A DNA stretch of 64,000 nucleotides. Source: Octopus sinensis. Its lineage: Eukaryota. This document shows, piece after piece, positions 54,410 to 64,000 of this stretch (the stretch's first letter is position 1; the number at the start of each line of letters is the position of its first letter). The translations under genes and the position numbers were made by a program. Where the stretch lies: positions 19,468,001-19,532,000 of the forward strand of contig NC_043008.1 in the NCBI RefSeq assembly GCF_006345805.1, written 5' to 3'. Under the pieces are notes generated by a model. It searched no databases and was not told the origin of the DNA. It saw only the letters and a list, made by a program, of their open reading frames with translations.

Positions 54410-54672
54410 AACCATCCACCAAGGAGGTGGCCTGTTTCCTACAAAGATACATGGCTCCATCTAAAGATGTTTCCATCTAAAGATGTAGTTAACACAGACA
54501 AGTTCACATTTGAAACTTGAGAAAAATCTTGCATATTTTTACTGTTCCACTCACAGATTGCACTTGTAATGTACGAATCAGCCGGTCGATTTCTCTTACT
54601 GAAAATCCCAGTTTATCCAGATATTTCTTTAAGCATTTATTAACAAAACCTAGTGCTCCAATTATTATTGTT
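54410..54672 (-). mobile_element. 3-prime fragment of the RLE-type LINE
   Basis: [57 protein letters not shown], homologous to 35450-35630. Confidence 0.85.
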
Positions 54673-54770
54673 ATGAATGTATGTATGTGTGTTTGTACGC
54701 ACCTATGCATATATGTATGAGTATAAATGTGTACGTTTTTGTAAGCTTGTATGCGTGCATATATGTATGA

Positions 54771-54839
<69 letters not shown>

Positions 54840-54870
54840 GTATGTATATGTATGCATATATATATGAATA

Positions 54871-54909
<39 letters not shown>

Positions 54910-55235
54910 TATATATTAATATATGCATATATATATATATATGTGTGTGTGTATGTGTGTATATATACATATAGATACACGTATAAAGTCAATCCCTGTT
55001 GACCTAAGATCAAAGACATCGTCCTATATCTAAATACACTTGAGTAATACATCATAAGACAGCCTTTTAATTTAGATGGAGTGGTTTATTTTATTAATGA
55101 TTTTGATGGTATTGTCGTTGGTTATTGGAGAGTTGGCGAATTGTTCGTGGTAGACGTGGATGGGTTGGACTTGGTGTGGCGTTAGTTGTGTTGCTGATGA
55201 TGGTTGATAGCGGTGGTGGTGAAGTCTGTTATATA

Positions 55236-55276
<41 letters not shown>

Positions 55277-55728
55277 GCTGTATGATAAGTAACTTACTTA
55301 CCAAACACATGGTTCCGGGTTCAGTCCCCGGCACTTTGGGCAAGTGTCCTCTACTATAGCTTCGGGCCGTCGGAAGCTTTGTGAACGGTTTTGGGAGGAG
55401 CGGTGCTATTAAGTTAGATATGGTCTGCATCAATATTTGGTCGAAACATATCTAAGTAATGTAAGTTATCTAAATTATCTAATTTATATATATATGTGAG
55501 TATTGAAATGGATATGTTTATCAGATATATGTTTTTAAATAGAAACATTTATTTCATATTCTTTGATAATAACGTGATATGCCCCATGTGTAAACATATC
55601 AAACCGTAGAACAAGACTTACATATAATGTAATTGTTCCCAGTCGGACGCAATTTTATACATACTCACATACATACTTTCACAAATATATATCCATATAT
55701 GTATATACACATGTACACACATATACAT

Positions 55729-55773
<45 letters not shown>

Positions 55774-56269
55774 AATATGCATATATATATGATAAATATA
55801 TATGTATATAAATACATGTATATGCACACACACACACACTTGCACGCACACACAATCACACACACATACACACACGAACACACATACACACACTTGCACA
55901 CATATATATATATTACGAAACAGCGGCAGGTAATAAAAGTGCATTTTCAATCTTTAAATCCTTTGAGCGTTTAAATTTAAATATAAATTCTTGATAGGTT
56001 ACAAATGAATTTTCTATTAAAGTGCAGTCTATCGTCTTGAAACTGGAGATCATATTAGGCTTGCGGAATGAGTTTAATCAAAACTTTTCCCGATATGATT
56101 GTTGAATACATTATAAAGGCAGGCGTTGCTCAGTGGTAAGCAGCTTGCTTCTCTCACGTGGTTCTCAGTTCATTCCCACTGCGTGGCACCTTGGGCGGCC
56201 GTAGTCAAATGACTGGAACAAGTAAAAGAAAATAGTAGAATATATATATATAAAATATATACATATAAA

Positions 56270-57455
56270 ATTAAAAAAGGAAAATGCGCATACTTACATA
56301 GTTTTAATATAATTTTTAATATATCGACCGGTTTCGCTATAGCTATTCATAATATTATGTTTTACTTATTTGGATATGTATTTTTTCTTAAGAAGAAATT
56401 TTTTCCATGTTCTGTGTGTGATGAAATTCACGAGTGAATGACATCACAAGTAGATAAATAAAGGGAGGTAATTGGTTATCGCTATTCTTGTTATTGTTGT
56501 GGGTAAGGGACATAACTGTTCAGCTTTCGGTAATGGGAGGGGAATATATAAGTACAAACAAAGGCAAGTTTCGAAAACCTTGTTTAGAGAGGGGATTTAT
56601 GTAGAGTGGGGTAATCGTGAATTGAAATATGTAAAAAGATAAAAGTTGGTTATGCGTGCACATTAAGACGTGTTCTATATTTTTCAATGAAAAAAGTTTC
56701 TTTATTTAAACGTTCTTGTGGAGAGATTGTGTCTTTGCACTGGTAGAAGAGGAAGACTGTGAAATTTGGTTTGATGTTATCTGCACATTTTTCTATATGT
56801 TCCCTGAGAGGAATTTGCCTGTATTGCGGGAAACGGATTTGCTCCTTATGTAGAGTGGTTCTCTTTCTCACGGTCATATTCGTTTGTCCAATATAGTTGT
56901 GTCCGCAACCCGAGCAGGTAATTACATAAATTAGGTCCTCAGAGGCACAAGTGAAACTAGTTTTAATTGTGAACCTCTGTCCTTGTTTGAAAAGGAAATC
57001 CGAGCCTTCAAGTAGGTTGGGGCAGGTCCCACAGTTTGAGCGTCCACATTTTTCAACCGTTGGTTTCGTGGTTGTTTTCTAAAGCTTCGCATTTGTTAGT
57101 AGTCTCTTTAGCGAATGGTCTTGTTTTTTGCCTTTGATGAGTTTGTGTGTTTTCAGGATGTCGTTCATTTTTGGATCTCTAGTTAGTAAAGGAAGAGTTT
57201 GCACAATAGTTTTGAATGCCTCACTGTTTCTGGGGTTGGGTGTTGATATAAATAGTAATGTTTTGAGTTGAGGTGTAGTGTTATGTTTTGTTGTTCTTAG
57301 TGTCTTTGTGTCTAATTGTTTGGTACGTTTAATTCCCTCGTCGATAAGTGAGGGTGGATATTTTCTTTCCATGAGCGTTGTTTTGAGGTCTTGAAGACGA
57401 AGTTCCCGAGTTGTTCTATCAGACACTATTGTGCAAATCCCTTTTGCCAAATGAA
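56270..57455 (-). mobile_element. Penelope-like element 3-prime part: RT thumb/linker + GIY-YIG endonuclease + pLTR
   Basis: LAKGICTIVSDRTTRELRLQDLKTTLMERKYPP.., frameshift, KCGRSNCGTCPNL..FTCASEDLIYVITCSGCGHNYIGQT..ERLNKETFFIEKYRTRLNVHA* (stop at 56650). The CxxxxCxxC linker is as in Neptune-type PLEs (inference). Confidence 0.92.
56321..56355 (-). ncRNA. Minimal type-I hammerhead fold, A3-U8 variant, in the PLE pLTR
   Basis: atatt-ATGAATA-gc(tata)gc-GAAA-ccgg-TC-gatat. The inverted copy at 57605-57639 has the same core and a perfect stem I atatc/gatat. Confidence 0.72.
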
Positions 57456-58056
57456 AAAAATAACCCCACAATAACAATAATAACGTTAACCAATGACCTT
57501 CCTTTATTTATTTTCTTGTGAAGTCATTCACTCGGGAATTTCCTCACACAGAACATGGAAAAAATTTCTTAAGAAAAAATACATATTCAAATAAGTAAAA
57601 CATAATATCATGAATAGCGATAGCGAAACCGTTCGATATATTAAAAATTATATTAAAACTATGTAAGTATGTGTTTTTTCCTTCTTTAATTTCATATATA
57701 TATATATATTCTTCTATTATTTTCTTTTACTTGTTCTAGTCATTTGACTGCGGCCGTCCAAGGTGCCATGCAGTGGGAATGAACTGAGAACCACGTGAGA
57801 GAAGCAAGTGCTTACCACTGAGCCACGCCTGCGCTTCTAATGTATTCAATAATCAGATCGGGAAAACTTTTGAGTAAACTCATTCTGCAAGCCTAATATG
57901 ATCTCCAGTTTCAAGACGATAGACTGTACTTTAATGGAAAGGTCATTTGTAACCTATGGAGAAATTATATTTAAATCTAAACTCTCAAAGGATTTAAAGT
58001 TTGAAAATGCACTTTTATTACCTGCCGCTGTTTCGTAAAATATATATATGTGCGTG

Positions 58057-58090
<34 letters not shown>

Positions 58091-58101
58091 CATGTATATT
58101 T

Positions 58102-58186
<85 letters not shown>

Positions 58187-58790
58187 GTATATATATATAT
58201 ATGCATTTTTATGTATATATATACATACAAGTATATATATTTATGAAAGTACGTATATGAGTATGTATAAACTTGCATCCGAGTGAGAACCATTATATTG
58301 TATATAAGTCTTGTTCTACGGTTTTATTCGTTTACACATGTGGCATATCATATTACTATCAAAGAATATGAAATAGATGATTCTATTAAAAAAATATATC
58401 TGATAAACATATCCATTTCAATACTCATATATATACATTTAGATATAGATAAACTACACAACCTACACCCTAATGAAAACAGTGTTACAAGAATGCATAA
58501 ATGTATATAATATGATAATAATTATTATTTCTGCTGTTTATTTTCACTTTGTGATCTGTTGAATGGTAAAATATTTCAAAATAATATATCATACCAATAA
58601 GGAAAACATTACATAAAATGAAAGAATGGTATTTGACTTTGTATATTTCCATAATTTTTTTGTTTATTTACGCTGAAATATATATTTGAAAATAGATGCA
58701 TGTCCCTGTTTCCTATCCACCCCTATCTATTCCACTCTCTTTCTATTTATAAATATATTAATGTATATTATATATATATATACATATATA

Positions 58791-58867
<77 letters not shown>

Positions 58868-59049
58868 TATAATTTGTATTATATAAATAATATATAGACA
58901 ACCATATGTATGCATCGCCCCCTCTCCATCTATATATATATATATACACATATATTTCTCTCTATCTATCTGTATCTATGTCTATCTATCTATCTCTCTC
59001 TCTCTCTATATATATATATATACATAGAGAGAGAGAGAGATAGACATAG

Positions 59050-59091
<42 letters not shown>

Positions 59092-59536
59092 TTGCCGCAC
59101 ACCTACGCGCATGGTGCCTCTGTATATTTTTGTTCATATTCACACACATACACACACACGCACACACACCCACACAAACACACACACACACAAACAAATC
59201 ATTGTATCTACTACAAATCATATAACAGGAATGTTTTTCAGACGAGGAGTAAATCATTTTACCAGATTTAACAATACCTTCATTTTGACAGAAGATTGTA
59301 TTGAATACATATAGAAATCAACATATTTATACGTTTATATTTACATACGTACATACACGAACACACGCATACATGTGTGTGTATGTATATATAAATGAAT
59401 GTATGAATGTACACACACACACACATATATATATATCTGCGTAAGGGAAAATAGATATATATGTATCTTACCGCCCATTATCTGTATGCTTTTATGTATG
59501 TATGTATGTACGTATGGGAGAAAGAGAGAGAACGAT

Positions 59537-59575
<39 letters not shown>

Positions 59576-59916
59576 AAGAGAGAAGCACAGACGTAGTGAT
59601 GTTCTGACCCACATTATCACGTCGTTTCCTCGGGGATATTTTATTGTTAGTAGAATATATATAAAAGAAACCAAGACATTTCTTTATTTCAACTGCAGAA
59701 ATTACAAGACAGTCTTTAACCACTGATAGAAACAAACAAATACTTGAAAGTGTAATAATTATTGATCTTTTTCTTTGTTAATAGTTGTTTTGTTATAAGA
59801 ATAAAGAAAACGTATACTCGAAGGGAATCAGTCGGCGTCCTATTTTTCTATTGCTATGAAATTCAAGTCTGGCTTCACTGCGTTCTTATTCGAACGCAGA
59901 CTATGAATATATGATA

Positions 59917-60311
59917 CTAGCAGTATCGCGCGGCGTTGCTCGAGTCTGTTTCGACCCTTTAGAATTGAAATTTTTGAAAAGTAAAAATTTTGCATTATGT
60001 AGCTTGTTATTCTCTTTACGTGAACATTTTTTCTGGTTGAAATACACCGAAAAATAGCGACACAGCAGTCAAAAAATCATAAAAAATAGGGATTTTCTTA
60101 GACAAAAAGCACCTTTTTGATGTAAATAATTTTTGGAGTCAACATGGTCCGATTTGAATTTTATCTTCTAAGGACTAAAGAGCAAGCTTTCTTTCTTCTA
60201 TCATACTGTCAATTTTGGTCAACTTGCGTCTCAGGGTCTCGGAGGAGATAGTGTTAGTTGAAGGCTACCAAACCTGCCTCACACAGACAACTTCAGTTTT
60301 ATATATATAGA
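59917..60311 (-). mobile_element. Non-autonomous Helitron-like element, second copy
   Basis: A|TCtatatatataaaactgaag start and ..cgcgcgatactgCTAG|T end; colinear with 25754-26140. Confidence 0.82.
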
Positions 60312-61101
60312 TTTACTGTAATATAATTTCTTTGTGGTGTTATTTTTTTTTCAAATGATAACGTAATATTTTGATACTTGTAGCTCATTAATTCTTTTCT
60401 TGTCAAACCTCCTGACTCATGTGTTCTGTTACCCTTTTTACATGGCTTTTATAACTGGCCATGATTACTGCCATCCCTCTAACCGAGACTCCGCTCAGTT
60501 GCCGGGTTCAAGGTCTAAAAGTTTGAGTGAAGGGGACGAATTGATTACAAGCACTCCACTTTATTTTATCGGCCCTGAAGCGTTAAAATGTAATGATGAC
60601 TTCGACGCAATTTCAACTCTTAACATAAGGAACCGCAAGCCTTTTGTTCCTCGTGCTTATGATCGCACCTGTTCGTTGTCTTAATTTATTTCCATCTTCA
60701 TTGCCGATTGCTTATTTGTGATGACGAACTTCAAACCACTTATATCATTAACAATAACATATTTTTGTCGATTCGACTCATTAGAATAAGGTTATTTTAT
60801 TGGTAGGCGGAAAAAAAATATTTTCCCATTCCATTATTAGATGAGAATTAAACTTATTTACTAAATATATTCTGCATATCGTGTTCTGGTCTAATTTATA
60901 TCTTCTGCAACTGTGTTCTTGACTCATGGTGAGTAAGGCTTGGGAATAAATGACCACAATTATCTATGCAGTTGTCTACTACATCACTTGAATCCAAAGT
61001 CTATAGCAGATACTCGATGAGTTAATGCAATATACGAGGCTCTTAATCACGAACTTAAATAAAATAGAAATAACAAATAACAAGCGTACGAACTTTATTA
61101 C

Positions 61102-61215
61102 CGGAACGCTAAACTTAAAAGAGATAAGAACACATAAAACATCATTTAATAAAGCTACAGCTTTTGCGATAAAATCTCTTTCATCATTTAGGACAGCAAC
61201 AATAGTATCGGAACT
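61102..61215 (-). CDS. Candidate 114-nt exon (phase 0-0), unknown gene
   Basis: ttattatttatcctaag|AGT..CCG|gtaata; reads SSDTIVAVLNDERDFIAKAVALLNDVLCVLISFKFSVP. No homology recognised. Confidence 0.18.
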
Positions 61216-61730
61216 CTTAGGATAAATAATAAATACAGCTCAACACGACACACTACATATGCTCAAGCTAATGTACCGCTTTCGAAGTAAACAACAAAAG
61301 TGAGAAACTTGGAATTTGAATATGGATTACATTTTGGAGGCAAAGGAGCAAGACACGTTTCCCGAGATTTACTGTGCTTTTGCCGCATGCAAGAATGGCA
61401 ATCTTATGTTTCTTCACTAGCAGCTTTTCCTACATCTGGAGTATCATGAATACAGTGAGTAGCACAGCCCACCCTCTGTCTAAATAATCTCAACGAATTC
61501 ATTTAGAGTTTAAGAAACAATGCCCATATATTTTAAAGCCCATATTATCATTTCATATCGCATGTTACAATAAATAATTTTCTGAACGCTTGTCATAAAT
61601 AAGTTTTCTTCGGACTAAGAATATCTCTGAAGTATTATTAAAGGTTTAGTTTTGAGTTGTGGCACTGGGCAAGCACCTTTTTTGAGAGGAATGGGAAGTT
61701 GATTATATTTACCCCAGTACTCGAATAGTA

Positions 61731-62430
61731 CGAGATGCTGTCCAGAGGTTTTCAGACTTTTTTCAAGAAAGACATTTATTAATTTTAAAGAAATACAAAA
61801 CTCTAATCCGCTCTGACTTCAATGCATTTGTAGCGCTCCAGCCAGTTCGTGAAGGCCCCATAAAAGTCCTGTAAAGTGAAGGTGTCCTGGACCCTTATCA
61901 CAGAAGCCTTTATTTCAATTTCTTTAAAACGTCTACCAGTAAGGCTCTCCTTCAGCTTGAGGAACAACCAAAAGTCACAGCGAGCAAAGTCTGGGCTGTA
62001 GGGAGGGTGAAGGACAGTTTTAATTTCCATCCCTATCAAGTAGTTAATTACCAGGATGGAATTTTGAGCTGATTTATTCTCTTGGTGCAGGTGTCACCGA
62101 ACTGAGTTGAAAACCTCTGGCCTTTTGCAATGACGTCTCTTCCTGGATCCCCTCAAAACCTCTAAAAGTGCTCTTTCTTAACCGTCTAAGCAGAGGGCCC
62201 CCAATGGATGTAGGTGATGCCTTTGTTGTTGGAAAAGGATATCAATATCAGCTTCCATATGGGTTTCCTTTTCCTGGCCTTTTTGGGTTTGGGCGAGCTA
62301 GGATGCTTCCTTTAGGCACTCTATCTCTTGTTACCTGGATCATATCAGTAGACCCAGTCACTAAAGATTCAAGTAGCCTTGGATTGGAAGTAATGATTTC
62401 AACCATCTCCCTCCCATCATTTGGATAGTG
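61731..62430 (-). mobile_element. Decayed mariner transposon (3-prime two thirds)
   Basis: ..LLESLVTG.., YDP..HPSSPKPKKAR..KLILISFSNNKGITYIHW.., KTVLHPPYSPDFARCDFWLFLKLKESLTGRRF; ends TA|cgagatgctgtccaga at 61729-61746. Confidence 0.9.
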
Positions 62431-62511
62431 GGGTCGATGTCATCGACTCGAGAGCTTTCTCACAATTTCAGAACTTGTAGTGATAGTAGACAGGATTATT
62501 AAAGATTTTGA

Positions 62512-62707
62512 TGTGTCTCGAGAGAGTTATTTTCTTTTTGTGCCTTATAACGTAACACGCTCACCGGTAAAATTTCCCCTTATTTCTTAATTTTCTTTTC
62601 CTAAAATTAAAATTTTAGGAAAATAAAAATAAGAAATAAGTGTAAATTTTACCGGTGAGTGTGTTACACTATAAGGCACAGAAAGAAAATGACTCTCCCC
62701 AGACACA
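62512..62707. repeat. Palindrome with ~97-bp imperfect arms and 2-nt spacer
   Basis: gtgccttata..gtaacac.ctcaccggtaaaattt..cctaaaatt|aa|aattttagg..aaattttaccggtgag.gtgttac..tataaggcac. Confidence 0.88.
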
Positions 62708-64000
62708 ACAGAATATGCTTCAACACACGAACTCATATAAAGAATCTTGCAAACCAAATCCAAAAACGAAATATAAAGATTTTGAATTCAACAGAGAATA
62801 TATTATTGTTTGTTCTCAGTGAAACATAGGCATATAACAAAAGCATTTTAAATAATGCAGGAACCATATTGCGTGTACCATGAAACTATATCTATCCATT
62901 TTAGGCATTTATACCTATATATAGGTAGAGGATTTAGAAACAAAGAAGGAAATCTTAAATCATTAAAAGCAGATAGAAACGTTCGAGTGGAGGCTTCAGC
63001 TGGAAGACTATATTAGACCGATTTAGTTGTTTCTGAATCATGCTGTATATATAATAATAAATATTTTATATTATGAGTTTACACCGATAGCAATTTTCTT
63101 TTCAATTACAGTGTTATCTATACTTGAATATTTAATAAAAATATTTTATCGAAAGATATGTGTATCTACAAACCTCTGTTGACTTCCCATTGTTAAGGAA
63201 ATTGTGATACATTTGTTTTCAGTGTGCACTCTGCAGGGAGAATTCATATATTGTTCACTTAAATTGTTTTGAGATTTCTCATTTATCACGACATAAGCGA
63301 AGTTACTTGGAACGTGTATTAGATTACGCATGACCGCCAGAGATAACAACTAACGGAATTTCACTGCTACTGCTGCAATCTTAGAGTTAGAAGAAGAAGA
63401 TACAAATCATTATTTACGATAAAGAAATCATTTGAGAACTTTATTTTATTTAACTTGAAATATCAAAAATCACGTAACTGTTAGATGTGAAGCTAAGTAT
63501 ATAGATGTTCCAATATTAAGAAGCTTAATAAGAGAATTAATTAATGTTTTATCATATTTCGGTAAGTGAATCGTCAATCACAGTTTCCATAGCTTTTGTA
63601 AATATTTTGTAATCAAATAATATCTAATAAGGATGTACTTTAAGGAAGTTGTTTAATAACAGATTTAGGATTAATAACCGCAACATTATGTCGATTTTGT
63701 CTTTACCCTTTTTTCAAATGCTTAAGCTTTCGACATCTTCATTTTTCTAACTTTCTAATCGTTTAATAGGGAAGGAAGGGAGTGCGCATAACGCTTTACA
63801 AGTTGCAGTCTAATGACTAATACAAGTAAAAATTAAAAGAACTGGTTTTATTTGAACTCAGATCTTCCGGAGCTCAAACATAAATCATGGCGTATTCTGT
63901 CTGATGCTCTAACGATACTGGCTGTGTAGCTCGCATTTATGTTTCTGAAATAAGCTTTGTACCTTTGTTCCTGTGAAAACCTACTGGAACACACTATTTA

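Larger units (their letters stand above)
55465..58460. repeat. ~1-kb inverted duplication enclosing the Penelope ORF
   Basis: 55465-56506 is the imperfect reverse complement of 57462-58460, including an internally deleted SINE A and microsatellites. Confidence 0.88.

Overview
Repeat-dense, AT-rich animal genomic DNA, most likely Octopus (inferred from the tRNA-derived SINE families and microsatellite load). There is one 100-N gap. No host protein-coding gene is recognisable, and nearly all ORF-track entries are microsatellite or SINE read-throughs. The window contains about 25 copies or fragments of at least 4 tRNA-SINE families (three with clear target-site duplications), RTE, CR1/L2-like and RLE-type (R4/Dong-like) LINE fragments, a Penelope-like element (RT C-terminus plus GIY-YIG), a decayed mariner, hAT and TTAA MITEs, non-autonomous Helitrons and several long palindromes. 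Main observation: at least six unrelated repeat families carry minimal type-I hammerhead ribozyme (HHR) folds. Together they use all four Watson-Crick versions of the core 3:8 pair (C-G, U-A, G-C, A-U), and most occur as outward-facing inverted pairs. One pair brackets a tRNA-SINE head, and another brackets the Penelope ORF together with about 0.8 kb of co-duplicated host DNA. All folds were read by eye and none is shown to cleave.
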